In this document: piece by piece, positions 29,946-39,795 of the stretch
Layout of the letters: the number at the start of each line of letters is the position of its first letter
Position numbering within the stretch: position 1 is the stretch's first letter
Assembly: GCA_963719315.1 (NCBI GenBank)
Contig: CAVRBU010000001.1
Location: 320,001 to 384,000 of the forward strand
Reading direction: 5' to 3'
DNA length: 64,000 nucleotides
Source: an uncultured Planctomycetota bacterium
GTDB lineage: Bacteria > Planctomycetota > Planctomycetia > Pirellulales > Lacipirellulaceae
The notes under the pieces: model-generated
Databases searched by the model: none
The model's input: the letters and a program-made list of their open reading frames with translations, nothing else
Told to the model about the DNA's origin: nothing
Translations under genes and position numbers: made by a program

Positions 29946-30348
29946 GGCTTAGCGTGGTCGTTGGTTTGATACTTACACTAACGTCATTAATGGTGGTCAC
30001 GTTTACCGCCACGACTGGCCAATCGAGAGTTTGGCGATTCATATAAACGAATTGCGGCTTTTTATAAAACTCCACTCGCACATTGTAGCCGACCGCATCT
30101 GCAATTTTTTTGAGTGGCGTTAGGGAATGGCCTTCGTAGTCCGAATTCTCTAGCCGAGCAATTACAGGTTGCGACAACCCGGCACTTCTGCCAAGCGCGG
30201 TCTGTGTAAGGCCAGCCTCTGTCCGCAATTGATAAATTTGGGTGGCAATGTGCGCATTAATTGCCTCATCCTCAACGCGCTTCGCAAGCGCAGGATCAGC
30301 AGCAAGTCGCTTCCGAATCACATCGCCGAAGTTTGTTGTATGCGCCAT
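29938..30348 (-). CDS. HigA-like XRE HTH antitoxin with C-terminal extension (putative ChAD)
   Basis: IYQLRTEAGLTQTALG..AGLSQPVIARLE...SL..LKKIA..VG..VRVEF, then ~40 extra residues with aromatic and beta-branched residues. Confidence 0.85.
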   Translation of the reverse strand: MAHTTNFGDVIRKRLAADPALAKRVEDEAINAHIATQIYQLRTEAGLTQTALGRSAGLSQPVIARLENSDYEGHSLTPLKKIADAVGYNVRVEFYKKPQFVYMNRQTLDWPVVAVNVTTINDVSVSIKPTTTLSHG

Positions 30349-30349
30349 T

Positions 30350-30730
30350 CTACGAATTAAATCCCGCTAAATGTTTTGTAGGATTTGTAACTATCAACTT
30401 CTTTCGCTTAACCGCAAGATCAATGTCGCCAGCCGGCACCTCTCCCTCTTTTGTAATTCCGTGAGACAGCGCAGCTCCGCACTTACCGTGAAAAAAATAC
30501 AATATGCGATATTGAACTTTCACGACTCGCCAACGCAACTCGTAAATTCCATCGCGAAGAGGTTTGGAGTGCGGCATCTTCAACTCGTTTCCATAAGATT
30601 CGAGTTGCAACATCCGTTCCAAGGCCCGCTCGTATGCCTTTGGAAATCGCTTTTCCAGATTCGCCAGCCATCCTTCCAAGGGAATGTCGCCATTCGCCTC
30701 GCAGAACACGCTGACGGTCATATGGGGCAT
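30350..30730 (-). CDS. HigB/RelE-like toxin (gp49/DUF891 type)
   Basis: MPHSKPLRDGIYELR....QYRILYFF......LSHG..K; toxin-first gene order. Confidence 0.88.
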   Translation of the reverse strand: MPHMTVSVFCEANGDIPLEGWLANLEKRFPKAYERALERMLQLESYGNELKMPHSKPLRDGIYELRWRVVKVQYRILYFFHGKCGAALSHGITKEGEVPAGDIDLAVKRKKLIVTNPTKHLAGFNS

Positions 30731-30753
30731 ACCGCGCCGCCTATGATAATATT

Positions 30754-30782
30754 GTTATATTCGGCCGCAGTCGGCCAGTCAA
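30754..30782 (-). promoter_or_regulatory. Sigma70-type promoter of the TAC operon
   Basis: TTGACT (30782-30777), 17 bp spacer, TATAAC (30759-30754). Confidence 0.7.
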
Positions 30783-30870
30783 TAACATGAAAAGATGCCA
30801 GCTTAGTCAACTGTCGTAACGGATGAATGGATCGTGCAACGTGAACCATCCCGCGGGCAGTGCTGTCACA

Positions 30871-31206
30871 CTACCCTATGCCAATTCCCGCTGCAACATT
30901 TATAGAGATAGCCCGCTTTCCATAGTTGGAGAGCTGCCCGCGCCTTGGCGGCGCAGCACTCTTATACCCCGCGATTGCCGGTGCTCCGATGCGTACCTGA
31001 GCGATCCTATGCGGTCGCGACTCCCGACTTTTCCTCAAAAGCGTCTCGACGCGCTCTAATGCGGTCCGTAACTCAACCAGTTGGGCGGACGCGGCGAGAA
31101 TGACCTCTGTCTCCGGGCAATCCACCATGATCCGCTGGGCCTCGGTAACCTGCTGGTCGATGTCGGCCAGCAGTTGGATCAATTCTTGGCGTCGATCTTC
31201 GGGCAT
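30871..31206 (-). CDS. Small helical hypothetical protein
   Basis: ATG ORF, 111 aa, amphipathic coiled-coil-like N-terminal two thirds; no recognisable family. Confidence 0.45.
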   Translation of the reverse strand: MPEDRRQELIQLLADIDQQVTEAQRIMVDCPETEVILAASAQLVELRTALERVETLLRKSRESRPHRIAQVRIGAPAIAGYKSAAPPRRGQLSNYGKRAISINVAAGIGIG

Positions 31207-31523
31207 GGCGCCGATGATACCTTGCGGCCAACCACGTCATCACGTAGCACGCTCGGGCGACGGCTGCCGATGATCTTCTCTGTGCTCGAATCGGACACGG
31301 CTGCGGGGCTGAACGAGCGACACCAGGACGGCGCGAACCTGGGTGTCGGCGGTTCGTTTTTCGAGATTCCCAAAACCGTATGGTACGGTTTTGTGCGCGG
31401 CCGATACTGTAAAGTGCCTATACGTAGTGAAATCAGGTGAAAGACTTGTAATGTCGGAAACGCGCGGTAGAATCGCGTTAATCACCGGGGAAAAGCTGAT
31501 ATTCTCGACTCGGCCCGAATTTT

Positions 31524-31567
31524 CTGAAAATCCTGGTGTCGGCGGTTCGATCCCGCCCCTGTCCATT
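31524..31567 (+). repeat. attR (duplicate of the tRNA-Phe 3' end)
   Basis: Identical to 19955-19998. Confidence 0.95.
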
Positions 31568-31842
31568 CGCCGTCCCCGACCTTAATCTTACGGTACAAGC
31601 GGATCGAGGTGAACACTTGGCTGGAAAGCCAAGTGGTTGCCGCTCGTCGAGTGGATCAGGGAGAACAGAAATCGAGCCGAGCGATTCGAGTGGGGCGTGA
31701 CGCATCAACGGGAGCTATTCTTGCCCCGCAAGGTGGGATATCGAGAATAGTGACACTCGGTTTTGGGCGTTTGGCCGCTTGGAAGCACGTCGCGTCATCC
31801 GCCGCGCATCTTTATGGCGGGCATAGGCCATTGCACCAGCCG

Positions 31843-32523
31843 CTAAATTCCGCCGTGCACCACGAACAAGAGGATGCCTAAGAAGTGGCAGGCGCTGCCC
31901 GCAATTACGCATAGGTGCCAAATGGCGTGATAATGGCGGACACGATGATCTCGCATTAGAAAATACGTGCCGATCGTGTAGAACACGCCGCCGGCAATGA
32001 TCGCGTCAAAAGCACCCGCCGGAGCTATGTACCAAAGCGAAGGGAGGGCCAAGATCGGCATCCAGCCCAACGCGAGGTATGTCTTCACAGGAACCGCGTG
32101 AACCTGATGTGCGAAGAACACCTTGGCCACGAAGCCCGTTAGCGCGACCATCCACATTGCAGCCATGAGCACGTCCCACTGCCAGCCGTGCAGGTAGGCG
32201 ACCGCATAGGGAGTGTAAGTTCCCGCGATCAGTAGATAGATGAACGCTTGGTCGAGCTGCCGGAACAAACACTTTGAGCGGAACAACGTCGGGCTGTGCG
32301 ACAGCGTGCTCATCGCGTACACCGCCATAAGGCTCATCAGATACAGAGCACAACCGATGATAAGCTGCGTGTTGCCCACTGCCCTCACGCTGGACATCAT
32401 CACGATCGACCCGGCCACGGCGATGGCGAAGCCCAAGCCGTGCGTTACGGCGTTAACGAACTCTTCCTCGGAAGAACGACGCCACGTGGGATACTCTTGA
32501 CGTAGTTGGGCAATCTGTTCCAT
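31843..32523 (-). CDS. Hemolysin III / PAQR family membrane protein
   Basis: EEFVNAVTHG, STLSH, LDQAFIYLLIAGTYTP, HAIWH. Confidence 0.92.
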   Translation of the reverse strand: MEQIAQLRQEYPTWRRSSEEEFVNAVTHGLGFAIAVAGSIVMMSSVRAVGNTQLIIGCALYLMSLMAVYAMSTLSHSPTLFRSKCLFRQLDQAFIYLLIAGTYTPYAVAYLHGWQWDVLMAAMWMVALTGFVAKVFFAHQVHAVPVKTYLALGWMPILALPSLWYIAPAGAFDAIIAGGVFYTIGTYFLMRDHRVRHYHAIWHLCVIAGSACHFLGILLFVVHGGI

Positions 32524-32723
32524 CTACAACTCCGTGGGCCCAATTTGGCCCAAAATCGATTGGTAGTAAGCGGAGACGAGTTCACTTTGCTTTTCGACTT
32601 TTAGTCTGCCGGATGTGCCAACATTAATTCCTGGGCCATGGACCCCACTTCATCGGCAAGGTTTATGCAACCATAATTGGGATCGCATTTCCTGATGGGG
32701 GAACGGAAAAATGTTCCGATCAA

Positions 32724-34037
32724 TTGCATTCAACAAAAGTAAAGGTTGCTAGCTGCGTGGCGGACGGAACTTTCGACGTGATTGTGGTCGGCGCCGGGGC
32801 GGCCGGGCTGTTGGCCGCGACGCGGAGCGCCGAGCGGGGCCGCCGCACGCTGCTGGTGGAAAAGAACCGCAAGCCGGGCGTGAAAATACTGATGTCCGGC
32901 GGCACGCGTTGCAATATCACGCACGATTGCGGCGCGGCCGGCATCATCGCGGCATTTGGCTCGGCGGGGCCGTTTCTTCACTCGCCGCTGGCAGCGTTAG
33001 GGCCCGCCGATTTGATCGCGCTATTCGAGGCGGAGGGGCTGGCAATCAAGGTCGAGTCGGGGGGCAAAATCTTTCCGCGAAGCGATCGGGCGACCAACGT
33101 CCTCAACGCACTGATGGGCCGCTTGCATCGCAGTGGAACCGAATTGGCTCTCGATGAGCCCGTGACAAGCGTCGTTCGTCACCCAGATGGGTTTCAAATT
33201 GAGACTGCCCGGCGCCTGTTATCGTGCGAAAAACTGATTGTCACCACCGGCGGCAAGAGCTATCCAGGCTGCGGAACGATCGGCGACGGTTACCGCTGGC
33301 TGGCCGAACTTGGGCACACGATCCGTCGCCCCCGCCCTGCCCTGGTGCCACTTACAAGCGACGATGCGTGGATCCATGAATTGTCGGGTGTTACGATACC
33401 CGACGTGCAATTGCGCGTGGTCGACCCGGCAGTTGAAGAACCGGCCAAGGGCAAGCAACGTCGAAGCGCGTTGCCGGCTGGGGTGTTGATCGAACGGCGT
33501 GGTTCCGTGCTCTTTACGCACTTCGGCTTGTCCGGCCCGGCGGTGTTGGATGTGAGCCGCGCCGTCACCGCGGCGACGAATCCCCGCCAATTGAAGTTGA
33601 TGGCGGACTTCTTACCATCGCACGCCGCAAAAGTATATGAACAGCGGCTACGAGACCACGCTTCCGCAGAGGGGAAGCGTTTCGTCGTCGGGATGGTCTC
33701 CAACGTTTTGCCACGCCGATTGGTCGAAGCTCTGTTCCACCGGGCATTGCTGCCGCTCGATCGCCGCGTGGCGGAACTCTCCGCAGTCGAAAGTAGCCGA
33801 TTGATCGAACAACTCAAGCGGTGTGAGATCCAAGTGACCGGCAGCCGCGGCTTCGAAAAGGCGGAAGTCACCGCGGGTGGCGTGGCCCTCGATGAAGTCG
33901 ATTCCCGCACGATGGAAAGCAAATTGGCGCCGGGCCTGTTTCTTGCCGGCGAAATTCTTGATCTCGACGGCTTCATCGGAGGCTACAACTTTCAGGCCGC
34001 GTTCAGCACGGGGTGGGTCGCGGGAGAGAGTGTATGA
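32724..34037 (+). CDS. HI0933/YhiN-family flavoprotein oxidoreductase
   Basis: GAGAAG, KILMSGGTRCNIT, TGGKSYP, FTHFGLSGP, VTAGGV, GGYNFQAAFSTG. Confidence 0.93.
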   Translation: MHSTKVKVASCVADGTFDVIVVGAGAAGLLAATRSAERGRRTLLVEKNRKPGVKILMSGGTRCNITHDCGAAGIIAAFGSAGPFLHSPLAALGPADLIALFEAEGLAIKVESGGKIFPRSDRATNVLNALMGRLHRSGTELALDEPVTSVVRHPDGFQIETARRLLSCEKLIVTTGGKSYPGCGTIGDGYRWLAELGHTIRRPRPALVPLTSDDAWIHELSGVTIPDVQLRVVDPAVEEPAKGKQRRSALPAGVLIERRGSVLFTHFGLSGPAVLDVSRAVTAATNPRQLKLMADFLPSHAAKVYEQRLRDHASAEGKRFVVGMVSNVLPRRLVEALFHRALLPLDRRVAELSAVESSRLIEQLKRCEIQVTGSRGFEKAEVTAGGVALDEVDSRTMESKLAPGLFLAGEILDLDGFIGGYNFQAAFSTGWVAGESV

Positions 34038-34060
34038 CCGCTCGGTTGAAACCTGCAGCG

Positions 34061-35617
34061 TTATCCTGATTGCCCGAAAATTGCTGGCAGCAGTGCCCAG
34101 CAAAACAGCGTGACAACCACCGCGCCCACAAGGTTCAGGACGAATCCAGCGCGGATCATGTGGCGAATTCGCACGTGGCCCGTGCCGTACACGATGGCGT
34201 TGGGCGGCGTGCCCACCGGCATCATGAAGGCCAGGCTGTTGGAAAACGTAGCGGGGACCATCAACAACGCGGGATTCATTCCGTTGGCCTTAGCCACGGC
34301 GGCGAGAATCGGCATCAGGACGTTCGACGTTGCTGTGTTGCTCGTGAACTCGGACAGAAATGTGACGAAAAAACAGAGCGTGGCAAGGATCGCGAGCGTA
34401 GGCCAATCCTGAAGCCGCTGAAATTTGCTGCCGATGACCTCCGACAACCCCGAGACCTCAAACGCGGTGGCGATCGCGATGCCGCCGCCAAACAAGATCA
34501 AGACGCCCCATGAAATTTGCTTGGCGATCGGCCAATCGAGTAAGCAGCCGCCGTGCTCGTCGTCGCCGCTTGGAATCATGAAAAGTGCGACAGCCCCGGC
34601 CACGGCCACCATCATGTCATGTGAGTGCGCCACGTGCAGCCATTCGGACCAGCCTCCGAAGGGGATTGCGCGGGTGATCCAACCCAGGCTGACGAGGCCG
34701 AACACTGCGAGCGTGCGTTTTTGCGGCGTGGTCCATTTTTCGTTCGTCGCGAAGTGAATGGGTTCAACTTCGCCCAGTCGAAACGTGAGCAATAGCCACG
34801 CCGCAACCAGCATGATGAGCGCGATCGGCACGCCGAGCAGCATCCATTGGTGGAACGGCACGGTGGTGCCGGTCGCCTTTTCGAATACGCCGATGAAGAC
34901 CCCGTTCGGGGGCGAACCCACGGGCGTCGCGATGCCGCCGATACTCGCGCTGTAGGCAACCCCCAGCAGCAACGGAACGGCAAGTTTACCCGACTTGTCG
35001 CGTTCCAATATAGCCAACGCCACCGGCAGCATCATGAGCGCCGTCGCGGTATTGGAAATCCACATGCTGACGAGTGTAGTCGCGAGCATGATGCCGAACA
35101 CGACACCGCGGCCGCTGGAGGCGCCCACCAGGGCGACCGTCCATTGGGCGATACGGCGGTGCGCTCCCCAGTGCTCGACCGCCTTCGAAATCATGAAGCC
35201 GCCCAAAAACAACAGGATAAGGGGGTCACTATAGGAAGCGGCCGCCTTCTCCACAGTGAGCACGCCGGTCAGCGGAAGAATTACCAAGGGCACGAGCGAA
35301 GTAGCGGCCAGCGGTAGCGATTCGAACACCCACCAGCAAGCGCAAAGCGCGGTGACTGCCGCGGTCCAGCATTGTTCGCGCGATGCCTGCCCTGCTTGCA
35401 TCGCGAAGAATACGGCTGCGGCGACGATCAACCCCACAGCGCTCGACCAAAACCGCGCGGTTGGCGGCATCGATACGTATACCCACCAACCAACGCAAAG
35501 CGTTGCGCCGGCGCCCATCCAGCATTGCGCTGTCGAGGCATCGGCTTGCCGCATGAGGGCGAACATCGCGGCGGCAACCAGGATGCCGGCGATGATGGAC
35601 CAATTGCGGGTAGCCAT
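34061..35617 (-). CDS. SLC13/DASS family anion:sodium symporter
   Basis: SMWISNTAT, GSPPN, SEFTSNTAT, FMMPVGTPPNAI. Confidence 0.93.
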   Translation of the reverse strand: MATRNWSIIAGILVAAAMFALMRQADASTAQCWMGAGATLCVGWWVYVSMPPTARFWSSAVGLIVAAAVFFAMQAGQASREQCWTAAVTALCACWWVFESLPLAATSLVPLVILPLTGVLTVEKAAASYSDPLILLFLGGFMISKAVEHWGAHRRIAQWTVALVGASSGRGVVFGIMLATTLVSMWISNTATALMMLPVALAILERDKSGKLAVPLLLGVAYSASIGGIATPVGSPPNGVFIGVFEKATGTTVPFHQWMLLGVPIALIMLVAAWLLLTFRLGEVEPIHFATNEKWTTPQKRTLAVFGLVSLGWITRAIPFGGWSEWLHVAHSHDMMVAVAGAVALFMIPSGDDEHGGCLLDWPIAKQISWGVLILFGGGIAIATAFEVSGLSEVIGSKFQRLQDWPTLAILATLCFFVTFLSEFTSNTATSNVLMPILAAVAKANGMNPALLMVPATFSNSLAFMMPVGTPPNAIVYGTGHVRIRHMIRAGFVLNLVGAVVVTLFCWALLPAIFGQSG

Positions 35618-35636
35618 AGTGAACCTGATGAACGCG

Positions 35637-36653
35637 TTAACGACTGGACTCAGATCCGCCCGCGTTTTGGAGTGCCGGCTCCGCTTCTACCGCCGTCGAG
35701 GTTTTGGCCGGGTGCTTTTGCTGTAACCAGTCTGCGACGAGCGTGTCGACTACGAGTTGGGCTGCATGGTATGCGACCATCGGCACGATGGCCAGTGGCC
35801 CGATAGAGGCGGCCAGATACGCGCCGACCATGAGCGTTTTCTGACTGCCGGCGAACGAGACGGCAATCGCATCGCCGCGCTGGAAACGGAGCAAGCCTGC
35901 CAGGCCCGCGCCAAACAGCAGCAACGTGATGTGAATCGCCGTGACCAGGGCAATCATCGTCGCCACATTCGCGGCCGAGAGCAGCGTGGAGTTTTCGACC
36001 AACTGCAACTTTTCTCCACATCCGACCGCGCCGACAAAGACCATCAACAGCACGCCGCATTGGGCCAACCGGCTGAGAAGCTGCCGGTACGCGGTGGCCG
36101 AGCTACCGACCGGGCGCCACTGCCGCAGGCATTGGGCGACGATGATCGGCAGCACGACAAAGAGCAGCAGCGAATTGAAGATTTGGTGGAAGTCAACGTC
36201 GGTCCGCACGCCAATGAGCAGCCGCAACCAGGCGGGCACCACGATGAAGCAGGTCAAATTCGTGATCATCGTCACGAGAAAGGCGACGGCATCATTGCCG
36301 CCGGCCCGGCGAGTCCACACGGCCGCGGTGGCCAGTGTGCAGGGAACGGTCGTCGCCAGAACGACACCGATGGCAAGTTCCGGCGGCAACGCGAAGCTCG
36401 CGAGCCAGCCGAGCGGCGGCGCCGCACAACTGTTAATCGCCGCGCCCAGCCAGGCCGGTCCCGGACGGCGAACCACGCCGAAGAGGACCCTCGTTTCCAA
36501 CGGCAAGGCCATAAGAAACGTCACGCAGGCGACGAGGGCTTGACTTGGCAGCCAATTTGCAAGCGGTCGCGTGGCGCTTGGCCAACCGATGCCCGCCACT
36601 AGCACACCGACAAGAGCCAGCAGAAACGAACGCTGACGGATAAAGGCGAGCAT
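35637..36653 (-). CDS. Bile acid:sodium symporter family transporter
   Basis: PCT....VWTRRAGGN, FAGSQKTL, YHAAQL. Confidence 0.88.
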   Translation of the reverse strand: MLAFIRQRSFLLALVGVLVAGIGWPSATRPLANWLPSQALVACVTFLMALPLETRVLFGVVRRPGPAWLGAAINSCAAPPLGWLASFALPPELAIGVVLATTVPCTLATAAVWTRRAGGNDAVAFLVTMITNLTCFIVVPAWLRLLIGVRTDVDFHQIFNSLLLFVVLPIIVAQCLRQWRPVGSSATAYRQLLSRLAQCGVLLMVFVGAVGCGEKLQLVENSTLLSAANVATMIALVTAIHITLLLFGAGLAGLLRFQRGDAIAVSFAGSQKTLMVGAYLAASIGPLAIVPMVAYHAAQLVVDTLVADWLQQKHPAKTSTAVEAEPALQNAGGSESSR

Positions 36654-36762
36654 GGGCGATTTTTGGAGTTCAGTGTTGCCTTAGCACGCTAAGAATGTAC
36701 GAACAGGAAGATACGAGCGACATCAATTCTCTGTTTCCTCAATTTCCTCCTGTTTACAAATA

Positions 36763-38898
36763 TCATTCTTCGAGCTTCGGTCTATTTGAGCTTTTCGGTC
36801 GCGATTTGAGTTCGCGGGCGCGAATCTTGTTGCCGTGCTGTTGAGGCGAAGCGTCTTTTTCCAAGAGCGGGATCGCTTCGTCGAACTTCTGCCCAGCCTC
36901 CAGGCTGCGAGCGAGGTTGTAATCCGCCCCGAATTTCCAGTCGGAGCTTTCTTTGCGAAGCTCGGGCCGGCGAAACCAATCGGCGGCCACGTCGAAATTG
37001 CCGTCGTCGTAGGACATCGAACCCAACCAATAAGTAGCGTTCAGTTTTGCCTCGGCGTCGACGCGTTGCTCGTCCTCGGACGCCTTCTCGGCGATCACGC
37101 GATCGGTCGGGCGCACCGATTTGCTCATGTACAGGCGGGCGGCTTCCTGATGGTCGTCGAGCACTTCGTCGCCCGGCTTATTGGCCTCTTTCCGTCGGCC
37201 TTGGAAGTGACGGGTCCGGGCTTTCCACAGCGCCGGCCGCACCGCAAATGGCTCAAATGCCAGCGCCTCGCGGTGGCGGGCCGCTTTGCCGAGCTCCAGT
37301 CGATCGCGGAGCGAGGCGAAGGGCACATCCCACAGCCCAACGTCGCCCACCCCGGTGACATTCTTGAGCCGCTCCGCCAATTCGCTGGGCTTCACCGCCA
37401 GCGACAAGTGATCGTCGCCCGTTAGCATGGGGTCCAACTGGCTGGCCCGGCGCGAAAGCTCGAACGGATCGGCTACAATGAACGCCTTCACGTTCTTGAG
37501 CTGCTCGGCGGTCACTGGGTAAGGCGCGCCTTCGAGATCGAGTTTGCGCAACAGGCCGTCGTCCTTTTGAACCTGTTCGAGCGTGGCCACGCCATTGCCG
37601 TCGGGGCCGGGAATGGGCAGGCCAAGCTGCGTGTCGAACAAGTACAGTTGTCCATTGGCGAGGAGCGCGGGCAGCCAACGCATCTTTGCTGAAGCCGTTG
37701 CTCCTATTTCATCGGCCTCTTTGGCGGGCGGAACGCCGAGCATGACCACGTTGAGGCCCTGCTGGCGGCACAACAGCGCGAACACCCAGGCCCGCTGGGC
37801 CGCAGTGCCCCGCCCGTAAATCAGAACGTGCCACGGGCGGTGAGGAGTCGCGTCGGCGTCGGCTTCAAGTTGTATATTGCGGACGGTCCAATCGAAAAGT
37901 GCGGCGGCCCGGCCGACGTCGTCGAAGCTATCGCCGTGCGCCCAGCGAGCAATATCGCGGAGCCAGACCGCTTCTTGTAGTATTCGGCCGTCGTTCGCCT
38001 GGAACGAATTCGCGGCGAGCGCCTCGGCCGAAATATACGGCTTCAATTGCGGATCGTTCGCCAGATCGACGGCGAGCGTGTCCAACAATGCGTCGCGTTT
38101 CCAAGTCGAGTGCGGATCGCTTTGCCGGATCCACTGATTCAGCCACGCCAAAATCTGAACCACCACCTGCTCATCCGGCGCCGGTTCCCACGCCAGGGGC
38201 GGAAGTCGCCGCGTATCGTACCGTACGAGTTTTTCATTGATCTCTTTCTGACGAGTGTCGACGAACCGCCATATCTCAATCTTGGCCGGGAACTCGACGG
38301 CCCGATTCAGCCCGGTTTCGATGAGCAACGTGTTGTCGTCAATCACTTGGGCAATTGTCAGGTCCATCGCCACTTGGCGCGACAGGCCGAGGCGTTGACT
38401 ATCTTCATCCACCGTCTGGTCTTGCCGCACGAAGTATTTGAGGAGGTCGCCCGGGCGCACTCCGATACTCTTGAAGCGGCCATTGCCGGTCGGCGCGTGA
38501 ATCACGTTGATCGGGCTATCCGGAACATTTGGGTTCGCAACGCAAACGGCGTACACGTCCTGGTGGTCGGAACTCTTACGGGAATCGAGGACGACCATCG
38601 GCGGGCGAAGTTCGGTATCGACGGCCGAGGGCAAATCGTTCAATTGATTGGCAGCCGCCTTGAGCAGGGCGTCCGCCCGATCGGCTTGCCGCAGTTGGGA
38701 CTGCTGAGATTGCTTGACGGAGGCGACCGACATTTCGTGGTGGCAGCCAGTAAAGGTTCCCGCCAGAAACATCATGGCGAAACCAAGCAACGGAGCAGAT
38801 TGCCAATTTTGGAATGCGGATTGCGGATTGCGGATTGCGGAGGCAGCACTGGATCGTTGCTCGCCAAGTGGGCGCGAAATGGGTATGGAGAATTTCAA
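36763..38898 (-). CDS. Putative lipoprotein with transglutaminase-like and TPR regions
   Basis: FTGC lipobox-like site, LFDWTVRNI...[19 protein letters not shown]-terminal TPR-like helices; true start may be downstream of 38898. Confidence 0.7.
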   Translation of the reverse strand: MKFSIPISRPLGEQRSSAASAIRNPQSAFQNWQSAPLLGFAMMFLAGTFTGCHHEMSVASVKQSQQSQLRQADRADALLKAAANQLNDLPSAVDTELRPPMVVLDSRKSSDHQDVYAVCVANPNVPDSPINVIHAPTGNGRFKSIGVRPGDLLKYFVRQDQTVDEDSQRLGLSRQVAMDLTIAQVIDDNTLLIETGLNRAVEFPAKIEIWRFVDTRQKEINEKLVRYDTRRLPPLAWEPAPDEQVVVQILAWLNQWIRQSDPHSTWKRDALLDTLAVDLANDPQLKPYISAEALAANSFQANDGRILQEAVWLRDIARWAHGDSFDDVGRAAALFDWTVRNIQLEADADATPHRPWHVLIYGRGTAAQRAWVFALLCRQQGLNVVMLGVPPAKEADEIGATASAKMRWLPALLANGQLYLFDTQLGLPIPGPDGNGVATLEQVQKDDGLLRKLDLEGAPYPVTAEQLKNVKAFIVADPFELSRRASQLDPMLTGDDHLSLAVKPSELAERLKNVTGVGDVGLWDVPFASLRDRLELGKAARHREALAFEPFAVRPALWKARTRHFQGRRKEANKPGDEVLDDHQEAARLYMSKSVRPTDRVIAEKASEDEQRVDAEAKLNATYWLGSMSYDDGNFDVAADWFRRPELRKESSDWKFGADYNLARSLEAGQKFDEAIPLLEKDASPQQHGNKIRARELKSRPKSSNRPKLEE

Positions 38899-39746
38899 TA
38901 TTTCGCTCCCACAGGCGGATCGAGCTGGCCGATCATGGTGCGAATCTCCAGTAACCGGCGCAGGAATGGTGCGAATTCGTCTAACGGAATCATGTTCGGC
39001 CCGTCGCTTGGCGAGCGGTCGGGATCGGGATGAGTTTCACAAAACAAGCCGTCGGCGCCGATCGCCATGGCGGCCCTGGCCAGGGGTTCGACCATCGCAC
39101 GGTTGCCGCCCGTGGCCGAGCCTAGTCCGCCCGGTTCCTGTACGCTGTGCGTGGCGTCGAAGATCACGGGCACGCCCAGGGATTGCATCTGCGGAATGGC
39201 CCGCATATCGTTCACGAGCCGTCCGTAGCCGAAAAACGTCCCCCGTTCGGCGAGCAGAATGTTTTGGCAGCCATTGGCGAATAATTTTTCGACCACGTGC
39301 CGCATATCGGTCGGAGCCATGAATTGGCCCTTCTTGACGTGGACCGCCCGACCGGTTTGGGCTGCCGCTACCAGCAGGTCGGTTTGGCGCGCCAGAAACG
39401 CGGGCACTTGAAGCAGCGTACATACCTCGCCGACGACGGCCGCCTGTTGCGATTCGTGGATATCGGTTGTGACGGGCAGTCCGGTCGCCGTAGCGACCTT
39501 GTTTAGAACCTTTAGGCCTGCTTCCAATCCGACGCCGCGGAACGCGCTCTGGCTCGTGCGATTGGCCTTGTCGAACGACGCTTTGAATACGAGCTGAACC
39601 GGCAGATCCCGTGTTTCCGTGGCAAGCCGCTCGGCAATCGAAAGCGTCAGTGCCTCGCTCTCGATGACGCACGGCCCGGCGATGACGAGCAGCTTTTCGC
39701 CGCGGCCGCAGCGATAGGGACCGACTTTGGCGGGGTAGTTGGGCAC
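38895..39746 (-). CDS. kdsA: 3-deoxy-8-phosphooctulonate (KDO8P) synthase
   Basis: [50 protein letters not shown]. Confidence 0.97.
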   Translation of the reverse strand: MPNYPAKVGPYRCGRGEKLLVIAGPCVIESEALTLSIAERLATETRDLPVQLVFKASFDKANRTSQSAFRGVGLEAGLKVLNKVATATGLPVTTDIHESQQAAVVGEVCTLLQVPAFLARQTDLLVAAAQTGRAVHVKKGQFMAPTDMRHVVEKLFANGCQNILLAERGTFFGYGRLVNDMRAIPQMQSLGVPVIFDATHSVQEPGGLGSATGGNRAMVEPLARAAMAIGADGLFCETHPDPDRSPSDGPNMIPLDEFAPFLRRLLEIRTMIGQLDPPVGAKY

Positions 39747-39772
39747 GCTGGATTCCCGTTGTCACCTGAAAC

Positions 39773-39794
39773 GTCAGGCGGAAGCCTGACCTAC
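39773..39794. repeat. GTAG-type REP element
   Basis: Minus strand reads gtag-gtcaggc-ttcc-gcctgac (7-bp stem), in the gap between two co-oriented genes. Confidence 0.6.
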
Positions 39795-39795
39795 G

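Larger units (their letters stand above)
19955..31567. mobile_element. tRNA-Phe-integrated phage satellite (PICI-like, capsid-encoding) carrying a TAC system
   Basis: Perfect 44-bp direct repeats at both ends; integrase beside attL; replication, terS and capsid genes; no portal, terL, tail or lysis genes recognised. Confidence 0.88.

Noticed and set aside
31524..31567. Second tRNA-Phe gene
   Set aside because: Only the anticodon loop to 3' end is present; it is the attR duplication
19955..31567. Complete prophage or cf-PICI
   Set aside because: No portal, large terminase, head protease, head-tail connector, tail or lysis genes recognised between the att sites
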